Origin: Dehalococcoidia bacterium
GTDB lineage: Bacteria; Chloroflexota; Dehalococcoidia; Lucifugimonadales; UBA3495
Reading direction: 5' to 3'
Assembly: GCA_965261885.1 (NCBI GenBank)
Contig: CBDHDY010000042.1
Span: forward strand, 2,250 to 66,249
Length of the DNA stretch: 64,000 nt
Position 1 is the stretch's first letter. Each line of letters opens with the position of its first letter. Positions 54,051 to 63,410 of this stretch are shown here, piece by piece. The position numbers and the translations under genes were made by a program. Below the pieces are notes generated by a model. It ran no database searches. It was not told the DNA's origin and saw only the letters and a list, made by a program, of their open reading frames with translations.

Positions 54051-55769
54051 ATGCCTACAGCCAGTGAGATGATCGTCCAGACCCTGGAGGAAGCCGGGGT
54101 AGAGTATGTTTTTGGCATACCCGGTGGCGGCACTGGGCAGATTTTCCAGTTGCTTTACGGACGGGAGGACCGGATCAAGACCGTCCTGGTAAGGCACGAA
54201 CAAGTCGCAGCAATCATGGCCGACGCGTATGGCCGGGCCACCGGCAAGCCGGCAGTGGTCATGGGGCAAGGGCTGTTCATCGGCTCCAATGCCTCATTCG
54301 GGATCATGGAGGCAATGCTCAGCAGTTCACCCATGCTCGTGCTCACCGACACCTCAGACGGCGGGGCAGCCCAACGGCCGGCCAACCAGTCAGGTACGGG
54401 AGAATACGGCAGCATCGACCTGCCCAACATATTCAAATCCATGAGCAAGTACACCGCTCTGGCCGCCAGCCCCAAGGAGGCGGTTCTTGCCACCCAGATG
54501 GCCATCAAGCATGCGGTCAGCGGTCGGCCCGGCCCTTCGTCTGTGGTAATGCGATCGGCAGCAATCGGTGGCGAGGTGGACCTGGAGGCGGCGCCCTTCA
54601 TTCACAACGCCGCCGGCTTCCTGAATACCGTCAAGCCCCAGAGCGCGCCGTCCGATGTTCAGCGCGTGATCGATATGCTGTCAGGGTCACGGCGCCCTGT
54701 CCTGGTCGCCGGAAACGGCGTGCACGTCGCCCGGGCACATTCACAGTTGCAGGAGCTGGCAGAGATCTGGGGTATGCCCGTTGCAACCTCTTATAAAGGG
54801 AAGAGCGCCATCGCGGAGACACATCCACTCTCAGTGGGGATGGTCGGCACCTACGGACAGGCCGTCGCCAACCGGGTGGTAGGGGAGGCAGACACGGTCA
54901 TTGTAGTGGGTGCGTTGCTGAGATCCCAGGAGACCGTCCGCGAGCGGCCCGACATCTTTGACCCACGGCGCCAGAGGGTGGTGCAGATTGACATCGACGA
55001 GCGCAATGCCGGCTGGAGCTTCCCGGTTGAGATCGGCCTCGTCGGCGACGCTGGCAGCATCCTGGACCAGCTGGTTGCGGCCTCAAAGGAGGCTGCTCAA
55101 GCCAATGCTGCCCAGCGCACAGAATGGACAAACTCTGTGTCCACTCGTAAATCTGCGATGTCCTTTTACGACGACCCGGAGATGCACAGAGAATCATCGC
55201 CGGTTACCCCGCAGAGGCTGGTCTCGATTCTCAACGAGACCTCCGACCCCTCGACGGTGTACGCTCTGGATGCAGGGAACAATCGCACCTGGATGGCCCA
55301 CCTGTACAAAGCCCAGCAGGCCGGTACCTTCTACTGCCCGGGCGGCACGGCCGGAATGGGTTGGGCGCTCCCGGCAGCCGTGGCCCTCAAGCTCGTCTAC
55401 CCCGACAGGCCGGTAACGGCGGTGACAGGCGACGGCGGATACATGATGACGGTCAACGCCCTCTCGACGGCGATGCAGTACGATCTGCCCATGACCTGCG
55501 TCGTGTTCAACGACAACGCGCTGGGCATGGTGCTGGACCACCAGCCCCGGGGACAGGAAATCGCCTCGGAGTTCTATCCGACCGACAACGCGGCCATAGC
55601 CCGGGGATTCGGGGCCTTTGGTGTCCACGTCGAGGACTCCCGCGATCTGCCCGACGCGCTGCGGGAGGCGCAGGCGTCGGGACTGCCTGCGGTGGTTGAC
55701 GTTGCCATCGACCGCGACCCCAGCCCCGACGAATGGCGTGCCGATGCCCGCCGCTCCGGCGAGACGTAG
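54051..55769 (+). CDS. Thiamine-diphosphate-dependent enzyme (acetolactate synthase-like), divergent paralogue
   Basis: 572 aa. Has VFGIPGGG and TGDGGYMMTVNALSTAMQYDLPMTCVVFNDNALG. Confidence 0.85.
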   Translation: MPTASEMIVQTLEEAGVEYVFGIPGGGTGQIFQLLYGREDRIKTVLVRHEQVAAIMADAYGRATGKPAVVMGQGLFIGSNASFGIMEAMLSSSPMLVLTDTSDGGAAQRPANQSGTGEYGSIDLPNIFKSMSKYTALAASPKEAVLATQMAIKHAVSGRPGPSSVVMRSAAIGGEVDLEAAPFIHNAAGFLNTVKPQSAPSDVQRVIDMLSGSRRPVLVAGNGVHVARAHSQLQELAEIWGMPVATSYKGKSAIAETHPLSVGMVGTYGQAVANRVVGEADTVIVVGALLRSQETVRERPDIFDPRRQRVVQIDIDERNAGWSFPVEIGLVGDAGSILDQLVAASKEAAQANAAQRTEWTNSVSTRKSAMSFYDDPEMHRESSPVTPQRLVSILNETSDPSTVYALDAGNNRTWMAHLYKAQQAGTFYCPGGTAGMGWALPAAVALKLVYPDRPVTAVTGDGGYMMTVNALSTAMQYDLPMTCVVFNDNALGMVLDHQPRGQEIASEFYPTDNAAIARGFGAFGVHVEDSRDLPDALREAQASGLPAVVDVAIDRDPSPDEWRADARRSGET

Positions 55770-55783
55770 GCGAAGGAGGAGGC

Positions 55784-55975
55784 TTGACGGCGACTGGAAC
55801 CAAGCTTACGTACGAGGAGTATCTCAACGAGCTGTAAACGTTTTCGCGCTTCGCATCGTGGATGGTGAGGTGATTATCTCCGCCGTCCCCAACGTCTTCC
55901 ATCAGCGCACGTCCAGGCGTATTTTCAGACCTCTTGATCGATTGGTGGCGGAACAAGATATCGGCTGGATTCACT
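55784..55975 (+). pseudogene. Truncated, frameshifted Uma2-family endonuclease fragment
   Basis: TTG...LTATGTKLTYEEYLNEL* is followed in the next frame by ..RIVDGEVIISAVPNVFHQRTSRRIFRPLDRLVAEQDIGWIH. This is the Uma2 N-terminal signature without the nuclease core. Confidence 0.55.
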
Positions 55976-56039
55976 TATATTCCAGGACGCGTAAGACTCA
56001 TCGCACCCATCCTGGCTCAGCAACAAGGAGGTTCAGTGT

Positions 56040-56807
56040 ATGGCAGGACTGCTTGAAGGCAGAATATCTCTGGTCACCGGGGCGGGTTCGGGTATCGGCC
56101 GGGCGACCTCGTTGGTCATGGCGCGGGAGGGAGCGACCGTCGTGGTCTCCGATCTCAACGCCGACGGTGGCGAGGAAACACTGAGCGCCATCAAGGAGGC
56201 CGGCGGGGATGGCATTTTCGTCCACGCCAACGTATCGCGCCCAGACGACGTGGCGGCGTTAGTCGGCCAGGTGGTCGCGGCCTATGGCAGGCTGGACTGC
56301 GCCTACAACAACGCCGGCATAGAAGGATACATGGCGGGCCGTCTGCACGAGTACCCGGAAGAGGAATGGGACCGGCTGATCGATGTCAACGTAAAGGGCG
56401 TGTGGCTCTGCCTCAAGCACGAGATACCACAGATGATGCAGCAGGGCGGCGGTGCCATCGTGAACACCGCATCGGCTGCGGGGTTGGTCGGTTCGCGGCG
56501 CCTGTCTGCGTACGTCGCCAGCAAGCACGCGGTGGTTGGGCTCACCAAGGCTGCTGCCCTCGAATATGCCCAGGACGGCATACGAGTGAACGCCGTGTGT
56601 CCTGGCATCATCGACACGCCAATGGTGCGCCGCCTCATTGGAGGACGAGACGCCGAGTACGAGAACTCAATTCCTGCTAGGCAGCCCATCGGGCGACTGG
56701 GTACGCCCGAGGAGATTGCAGAGTCCGTTGCGTGGCTGTGCTCCGACGCCGCTTCGCTGGTCACCGGCCTTGCCATGGCCGTGGACGGTGGGTTCACCGC
56801 GCAATAG
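56040..56807 (+). CDS. SDR family oxidoreductase
   Basis: LVTGAGSGIGRA, NNAG, YVASK, and PGIIDTPM. Confidence 0.9.
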   Translation: MAGLLEGRISLVTGAGSGIGRATSLVMAREGATVVVSDLNADGGEETLSAIKEAGGDGIFVHANVSRPDDVAALVGQVVAAYGRLDCAYNNAGIEGYMAGRLHEYPEEEWDRLIDVNVKGVWLCLKHEIPQMMQQGGGAIVNTASAAGLVGSRRLSAYVASKHAVVGLTKAAALEYAQDGIRVNAVCPGIIDTPMVRRLIGGRDAEYENSIPARQPIGRLGTPEEIAESVAWLCSDAASLVTGLAMAVDGGFTAQ

Positions 56808-56990
56808 AGACTAGCCGGACTCAGCTGCTGACAGTGCAATCGCGTCTCTACTGTCCTACAGCACTCTCGCCGAGTTGCGGCGAAGCCTTTTCACGGGAAC
56901 GCGAAAGCCATACCGCCACTGACAGTCCGTTGGACTGCCTGTTCGGGCAATGATAGTATAGGGCCGGTTCGCCTTTGTGCACTGGCCCTT

Positions 56991-57002
56991 CCTTATATAA
57001 GG
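56991..57002. promoter_or_regulatory. 12-bp perfect palindrome upstream of the CHAT-STAND gene
   Basis: CCTTATATAAGG, 85 bp before the TTG start, in an AT-rich patch. It could be a -10 region or an operator. Confidence 0.25.
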
Positions 57003-57086
57003 GACAACATTCAAATTAGTGGAAACTTTCGAGCCTCATTCCTTCAGTAATTAATTCAATCGACTGCGCTATGCCCGGAGGACAGC

Positions 57087-60000
57087 TTGCCCGATATATT
57101 GGAAATTATTGACCTGCCCGACAGCGGACAACTGCAACTCTCTTTACTGGGCGATGATGGCAGTCGCCTGAGTGCGCCACCTGTCTCCTTCCCCTACCCG
57201 CTGACCGATGCAGAGTTGGCGGAGATGGTCTGGCTATTCACGGAATATTCTTCAAGCCCCTTTGGCGAGTCTCGAGCGAGGGCCGATGCGGTGGAGGCAG
57301 GGCTGCGCGACCTGGGACGCCTGGTGCTGGAAGCAGTATTTCGTTCCAACGCAGAGGCTGAGGGGATATGGTCCCGGATCAGTTCAATTGATGCACAGGC
57401 CTTCCGGCTTTCCATAGTCTCCCCACGCCCTGAACTCCTGGCCCTTCCCTGGGAGTTGCTCAACAGCCCGGACGCCGGGTACCTGGCCGCTCGCGCTGAG
57501 GCATTGACGCGTCAGGTGAGTTCTCTTGATCAGCTTCCTTCATTCTCCACTGCTGGGCTTCCCGACACCCAATTCAATGTACTCATGTTATGTCCACCCA
57601 GCAGTCAGGGCATTGCCTCCGAGGCTCTGGAGGCCATGGAATCGCTGGACGTTGAGGTGTCCCTGGAATGTCTGAAGCCCCAGACTGTTGGTGAACTGGA
57701 AGCTCACCTGGCAGACCGGGCGGGGCATTACCACCTGTTGCATCTAGACGGAATTGCCACCGACAACGAGGGCTCCCACCTCTTGGGGACCGCATCCCTG
57801 GAGCGAATAGGGAAAGCCGCAGCGAGCTCAGGTATTCCCGTCGTGCTGCTTAGCTGCGCCACTCCCTGCTATCCTCCCGTCGCAGCCGAGGTCTTGCTGA
57901 AGAGCGGCGTGCCTGAGGTGGCAGTGTTGCCGGTACCCCTGGGAGGGTCGGGCCGGAAGCTCTTCGCAGACGCATTCTACTCCGCCATAGCCCACGGAGA
58001 AGGTGCCGCCTCCGCTGTCGCGCATGCCCGTCGCGCCCTGATGCTGAACCCTTACCGCCCCTCCGCCGCCGGACCGGTGGTTTCGTGGGACTGGATCACA
58101 CCACTGTCTTACCAGTCGGCCCGTTATGAGCCAGTGGCGATAAAGCCCGAAGAACAGGAGACAGTCATTCCGGGCATGCAGCCCGCCACGCCAGAACCCA
58201 CGCCGCGTCAGCTGCCCCGAGGTGGACCATACGGCCTGATTGGCCGCCGCCGCGAGGTCCTGGAACTGGAGACTGCCCTCGACGCCAACCCTGTCGTACT
58301 TTTGAACGGACCCGTGGGAGTCGGAAAATCCGAAGTCGCATTGGGGCTTGCGGCCTGGCTCGAGAAGAGCGGTGACCGGCACGATGGTGTTTTTTATACC
58401 ATCTTTGACGTAGGAGCAGGGTTGGACAAGGCCTTGCACGAGGTGGGGACCGCCCTGGCCGGTCTGGAATTCGGAGATCTCCCGGCCTTGGCCCGCCGCA
58501 ACTGGCTCCTCGAGTACCTGCGAGGGCACCGGACCCTTCTGGTGTGGGATGCAGTCGAGAACCTGGCTGGTTTCCCCTACGCAGGAACCGGGCTGCTTGA
58601 AGGCAGCGAACTGGCTGAACTGGACGAGTTCCTGCGCGAGTTGTCCGCAGACGGCGGACAGACCGAGGTGCTGCTGATCAGCCGCCGGGACACCGAACCG
58701 TGGATATCGGCCTCCCACGGGAGCTACACGCTGAAGGGTCTTACCGGCAACGAAAGAATCGAGTTCGCCACGCGCCTGATCGAAGAGACCGGCATCGACC
58801 CCGCCCGTCTGGGTCCGGAGTTCCTTGAACTACTGGAACTGCTGGATGGCCACCCGCTGGCAATGGAGATGGTAATTCCTCTGATCAAGGATGTGCCAGC
58901 CTCGGTACTGCTCACCGAACTGCGCCGCGAGATAGAGGCCTACCAACCCGGCCCCGGAGAGGATGGTCGCCCACCATATCTGACGGCAGTGATGGAACAC
59001 GCATTCGGGCGGATGCCGCGCCGCAATCGTACCCATCTACCCTTCCTGTCGCTATTCCGCAACCGCGTTATGATGGACATTCTGACCCACATCACTCAAG
59101 AAAATGCCTACCGGTCGGTGATGGGCGAACAACTTGGTTGGGGAGCCTGCCGCACCCTGCTGCGGTCGGCCCGGATTGCCGGCTTCCTGGAACCAATCAC
59201 GCCCAGCGTCTACCAGATTCACCCGTCAATGGGCTGGTTCTACGGCCGTGCTCTTTACCGGCAGCTTCCCCCTACGCGGGTCGCCGAGCTCGAGAAGGAA
59301 TTCGTGCGAGTGTACGCCGACACGGCGGACTACTTCATGGAGACCCTGTACGAGAACCAGGACTCGGGGACCAATGCCATCCTGGCCGAAGAGGGCAACC
59401 TGACGCAGGCCCTCGGCCTGGCAATGGAGTCCCAGGAGTGGGACAACGCCCAGCTTCTCACCCAGCCTCTGGCCCAGGTATACCGGATGCAAAAGCGGTA
59501 TCCGGAACTGCGCCGTCTGCGCCGTCAGTTGCTGGACGCCGCCGGAACCACGGCCGACGAGGCGCAGGCCAACGACGCCACCGAGCTCTGGCTCTACCTG
59601 CTGGGGACCGAGGCCTCGGAGTGCATCGAAACCAACGAGCTTGGCCGGGCAGACGCCCTCAACCAGCAGTTGCTGGAGTACTTCGCCTCCCAGCCCGGAG
59701 CAGAGAGTGATCCGAGGGCCGCAGCCGTTTACCACCAGATGGGTGAGGTCGCCCTGCGGCGCTGGCAGCTGGATGAGGCCGAGGATTGGTACATCAAGTC
59801 GCTTACCATTATTGAAGATATCGAAGATGGCGAAGACCGCGCACCGGTTGCCGACGACTACTATGGCATGGGGCTCGTCCGCCAGTACCAGAGGCGGTAC
59901 ACCGAGGCACGTGACTGGTTCTCCAAGTCACTGGACATCCACCAAAGGCTTGAAGACGTGGAGGAGATGGTCAAGGACTACCGCTCCCTTGGGCTGTGCG

Positions 60001-60701
60001 CCCAGTTTCGCTTTGAATACCAGGAGGCCGAAAGCTGGTACCACCGGGCCCGCGAGATCCTCGAGGAGGCGCGCGACGAAGAAACCTCTGTGCTCATTTA
60101 TCACGCTTTGGGCACGGTGGCGCACGCCCAATACCAGTTCGATGACGCCGAAAACTGGTACAAGCAGGCACTGACCCTCAGCGACCGGATGGGCAACGAA
60201 GCCCAGATGGCAGTGGAATTCCACTACCTCGGCCTGCTTGAACAGGGACGTCAGATGTTCCCAGAGGACGCGGAACGTTGGTACACCCTGGCTCTCGAAA
60301 AATACGAAAAACTGGGCGACTGGCGCAACGCCGGCGACGAATGCCGCCAATTGGGCGTCTTGTTCCACGAGCAGAAGAAGCTGGACGAGGCCGAAAGCTG
60401 GTATCACCGGGCCCGCGAAATTTTCGAGGAAATCCAGGACGTCAGCCGCACCGCGCGAACTTATGGGCAGCTGGGCATGGCAGCCGAGGAGCGAGAAGAC
60501 ATCGAAGGCGCTCTGATCTGGGCTGCCCGCACGTACAATCTGGCCGCCGACCACTACCTGCCCGTAATCGCGCAGGCCCGCGTCCATCTCGCTAGGCTGC
60601 GCGACAAACAAGGCTCCGACGCCTTCGCCGAGTGGTGGCGCAATTTTACCGGCGAGGAACCTCCGGCAGACATCGACGCGGAGGAAGAGGTGATTCTGTG
60701 A
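57087..60701 (+). CDS. CHAT (caspase-like) - NB-ARC/STAND NTPase - TPR protein (bacterial NLR/Avs-like)
   Basis: 1204 aa; TTG start 5 nt after GGAGG. CHAT-like part: LALPWELL, HYHLLHLDGIA, VVLLSCATP. NTPase part: Walker A GPVGVGKS, Walker B LLVWDAVEN, and GHPLAMEMV (GxP motif). The C-terminal ~450 aa are TPR-like repeats (..AEDWYIKSL.., ..ARDWFSKSL.., ..AESWYHRAREI.. twice, ..AENWYKQAL.., ..AERWYTLAL..). Confidence 0.8.
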   Translation: MPDILEIIDLPDSGQLQLSLLGDDGSRLSAPPVSFPYPLTDAELAEMVWLFTEYSSSPFGESRARADAVEAGLRDLGRLVLEAVFRSNAEAEGIWSRISSIDAQAFRLSIVSPRPELLALPWELLNSPDAGYLAARAEALTRQVSSLDQLPSFSTAGLPDTQFNVLMLCPPSSQGIASEALEAMESLDVEVSLECLKPQTVGELEAHLADRAGHYHLLHLDGIATDNEGSHLLGTASLERIGKAAASSGIPVVLLSCATPCYPPVAAEVLLKSGVPEVAVLPVPLGGSGRKLFADAFYSAIAHGEGAASAVAHARRALMLNPYRPSAAGPVVSWDWITPLSYQSARYEPVAIKPEEQETVIPGMQPATPEPTPRQLPRGGPYGLIGRRREVLELETALDANPVVLLNGPVGVGKSEVALGLAAWLEKSGDRHDGVFYTIFDVGAGLDKALHEVGTALAGLEFGDLPALARRNWLLEYLRGHRTLLVWDAVENLAGFPYAGTGLLEGSELAELDEFLRELSADGGQTEVLLISRRDTEPWISASHGSYTLKGLTGNERIEFATRLIEETGIDPARLGPEFLELLELLDGHPLAMEMVIPLIKDVPASVLLTELRREIEAYQPGPGEDGRPPYLTAVMEHAFGRMPRRNRTHLPFLSLFRNRVMMDILTHITQENAYRSVMGEQLGWGACRTLLRSARIAGFLEPITPSVYQIHPSMGWFYGRALYRQLPPTRVAELEKEFVRVYADTADYFMETLYENQDSGTNAILAEEGNLTQALGLAMESQEWDNAQLLTQPLAQVYRMQKRYPELRRLRRQLLDAAGTTADEAQANDATELWLYLLGTEASECIETNELGRADALNQQLLEYFASQPGAESDPRAAAVYHQMGEVALRRWQLDEAEDWYIKSLTIIEDIEDGEDRAPVADDYYGMGLVRQYQRRYTEARDWFSKSLDIHQRLEDVEEMVKDYRSLGLCAQFRFEYQEAESWYHRAREILEEARDEETSVLIYHALGTVAHAQYQFDDAENWYKQALTLSDRMGNEAQMAVEFHYLGLLEQGRQMFPEDAERWYTLALEKYEKLGDWRNAGDECRQLGVLFHEQKKLDEAESWYHRAREIFEEIQDVSRTARTYGQLGMAAEEREDIEGALIWAARTYNLAADHYLPVIAQARVHLARLRDKQGSDAFAEWWRNFTGEEPPADIDAEEEVIL

Positions 60702-61047
60702 CCGGGATGCTCGCCAGAAACCAGCTCAACTTGAAACATGTCTTCGATCTGGGAGATGGTTCGCTGCTGCCGCCTGTCCATGCCGAACAGAATGCGAACT
60801 TTTAGGACTGGATGCCACTCTATGGAACACCGAAAGTTACCAATGACCGGGATGACGGTATCATGCGTCTGCAAAACGGCAAGGCTGCCGCTGCATTCCA
60901 TTCCATGGCAATGAACCTGACTGAAGGCGGCAAAGATGAAGGCCTGCCCGTATACGTGGAGATGACTTGGGCCGCTGAATCGCTACTGCCCTACCCGCTA
61001 TCCGCACCCGAAGATGTAATTGCTTACACCACCAGGAGGTAGAACTT

Positions 61048-61893
61048 ATGAGCGTTGGAGTTTCCACACCATTGCCGGCTTACACCGTAGACCCGGCTTT
61101 CATGGCTAAGAAAGCGGAGGAGTTGGGCTTTGAGTCAATCTGGTACGCAGAGCATCCTGCTGTGCCGGTCGATAGCAATAGCCCATTCCCGGCCACCGGT
61201 GGAGAGATCCCCTGGACCTACTCCCATTTTACCGACCCCTACATAGCCCTGGCTCGCGCCTCCGGGGCGACCAGCACTATCAAGCTGGGCACCGGCATCA
61301 CCCTGGTTCCAGAGCGCAATCCGTTGTTGCTGGCCAAGGAAATCGCCACCCTCGACCGGTTCAGTGGCGGCCGCTTCCTATTTGGCATCGGCACCGGGTG
61401 GCTGCGGGAGGAGACAGAGATCTTCGGCGGCGACTTCGAGCACCGCTGGACGCAGACGCGTGAGGCTCTTGAGGTTATGAAAGAGCTCTGGACCAAGGAC
61501 GAGGCTGAATACCACGGTAAGTATTACAACTTCCCGGCCGTAAAGTCCTACCCCAAGCCGGCACAGCAACCGCACCCGCCCATCATCATCGGCGGTATGG
61601 CCCGCAATGTGTTGCGCCGCATCGTGTCTCACGGCGACGGTTGGCTTCCCAACCGCGTTACGCCCACAGAGATCGAGGACAGCCGCAAGCGCCTGGACGC
61701 CATGGCCGAGGAGGTGGGCCGCGACCCCAAGTCCATCACCATCAGCGTCTACGGACAGCCGGCTGACGGCGATCTCGTCCAGTCGTACCTGAATGCCGGG
61801 GCAGACAGGGTGGTGGTTCGCCCGGAGCACGTCGCCAACGACTACGAGATGGGCAAACAGCTTGAGCGGATGGCAGAGGCAGTAATTCGATAA
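61048..61893 (+). CDS. LLM-class (luciferase-like) F420/flavin-dependent oxidoreductase
   Basis: AEELGFESIWYAEH.., LGTGITLVPERNP, RFLFGIGTGW, and PPIIIGG. AGGAGG RBS. Confidence 0.85.
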   Translation: MSVGVSTPLPAYTVDPAFMAKKAEELGFESIWYAEHPAVPVDSNSPFPATGGEIPWTYSHFTDPYIALARASGATSTIKLGTGITLVPERNPLLLAKEIATLDRFSGGRFLFGIGTGWLREETEIFGGDFEHRWTQTREALEVMKELWTKDEAEYHGKYYNFPAVKSYPKPAQQPHPPIIIGGMARNVLRRIVSHGDGWLPNRVTPTEIEDSRKRLDAMAEEVGRDPKSITISVYGQPADGDLVQSYLNAGADRVVVRPEHVANDYEMGKQLERMAEAVIR

Positions 61894-61978
61894 GTTTCCA
61901 GCAGGCGGGACGGATGCAGGGCGAGGTGATACCTCCCCTGTTTCTTTCCCCGAGGGCACGCAAAACGGAGAGAGACCA

Positions 61979-63355
61979 ATGGACCGCACTACCGAGATGC
62001 TGAGCGCCTACACCTGCGGCCTCACCTATGAGGATTTAGGTCCGGACGTGGTGGAACAGGTCAAGCGCACGCTGGTGGACACCATGGGTTGCGCCATCGG
62101 AGGCTTTGATTCGGAGCCGGCAGCGATTGCCCGCAGCCTGGCAGATGACATCAAGGGCGCAATGCCGTCACGCATCCTGGGAACGGCCGATCACACATTG
62201 CCTGACCTGGCTGCTTTCGCCAACGGCATCGCGGTCCGCTACCTGGACTGTAACGATTCCTACTTTTCGCCGGGAGGAGGGCATCCCAGTGACATGATTC
62301 CGGCCGTTCTCGCAGTGGCTGACCCTCTGCGGTGCAACGGACAATCAGTCATAACGGCCATCGCCCTGGCCTACGAGGTCTTCTGTCGCCTCTCCGATGA
62401 GGTAGTTGCCAGCGATCTGGGCTGGGATCAGGGCATTTTCAGCGCGATCGGCGCCGTCTGCGGTGCGGCTCGGATCATGGGGCTGGAACAGGAACAGACT
62501 GGCAACGCGATCTCGCTGGCGATTTCCCCTCACCTTCCATTGGCCGTCACCCGTACGGGCGAGCTTTCCATGTGGAAGGGATGTGCCACAGCCAGCGCAT
62601 CGCGCTCTGCAGTGTTCGCCGCGCAATTGGCCGCGAAAGGCATGACCGGACCCGGCGAGCCCTTCGAGGGCCGTCGCGGGTTGTGGGAACAGGCAACGGG
62701 TGGACCGGTGAAGGTGCCGGACTTTCCGCTGGGCGACGCCCGTGGGGACAACGACCCCTTCCGCATCACTCGCACAATCTACAAATCCTACCCATCGCAG
62801 ATTCACACCCAGAATCCCATCGGGCTGGCCCTGCAACTCCGGAACAGACTGTCCGTGAACGAGATCCAGTCCATCCATATCGAAACATACAAGGTTGCAG
62901 CGAGTACGGCCTCCAGCGAGCCAGAAAAGTGGGACCCGAAAACTCGGGAGACGGCCGACCACAGCATCCCGTGGCTTGTGGCCTCGGCTTTCCTGAACGG
63001 GGCGGTCGGTCCCGGTAGTTTCACCGGAGACCATATCGCCAACCCGGCCCTGCGAGACATTATGTCGCGCATGACCCTGGTCGAGGAACAGGAATTCACG
63101 GACCGCTACCCCGGCGAATACAATTGCCGAATAACCGTTACAGCGCGGAATGGTTACAGCCATTCCACGCACGCTCCCTGGCCCAAGGGCCACGGCAGCA
63201 ACCCGATGAGCGACACTGAGGTGGAGGCCAAGTTCCGCAGCTTCGCGGGATCCTCCCTGTCTTCCTCCCGGTGTGACCAAGCCCTGGAAGTCCTCTGGAG
63301 ACTCGACGAACTGTCAAACCTCGAGCCCTTGTTCGACAGCCTGACAATCCCTTAA
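61979..63355 (+). CDS. MmgE/PrpD family protein (2-methylcitrate dehydratase-like)
   Basis: 458 aa. Has VKRTLVDTMGCAIGG and NGIAVRYLDCNDSY, plus C-terminal HP.GHGSNPMSD..VE.KF. Confidence 0.85.
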   Translation: MDRTTEMLSAYTCGLTYEDLGPDVVEQVKRTLVDTMGCAIGGFDSEPAAIARSLADDIKGAMPSRILGTADHTLPDLAAFANGIAVRYLDCNDSYFSPGGGHPSDMIPAVLAVADPLRCNGQSVITAIALAYEVFCRLSDEVVASDLGWDQGIFSAIGAVCGAARIMGLEQEQTGNAISLAISPHLPLAVTRTGELSMWKGCATASASRSAVFAAQLAAKGMTGPGEPFEGRRGLWEQATGGPVKVPDFPLGDARGDNDPFRITRTIYKSYPSQIHTQNPIGLALQLRNRLSVNEIQSIHIETYKVAASTASSEPEKWDPKTRETADHSIPWLVASAFLNGAVGPGSFTGDHIANPALRDIMSRMTLVEEQEFTDRYPGEYNCRITVTARNGYSHSTHAPWPKGHGSNPMSDTEVEAKFRSFAGSSLSSSRCDQALEVLWRLDELSNLEPLFDSLTIP

Positions 63356-63410
63356 AGTGACCTCTGGTACCATTGGACCAACTTGCCCGATCCGCACCGG
63401 AGGCTGGCCG

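Noticed and set aside
60554-60901. 115-aa minus-strand ORF as a possible antitoxin or partner of the STAND gene
   Set aside because: It has no stop until 150 nt inside the STAND coding region, no RBS and only moderate codon bias. It is kept only as part of the unassigned-interval finding.
62345-63280. 311-aa minus-strand ORF
   Set aside because: It is antisense to the MmgE/PrpD gene, which is clearly the real coding strand.
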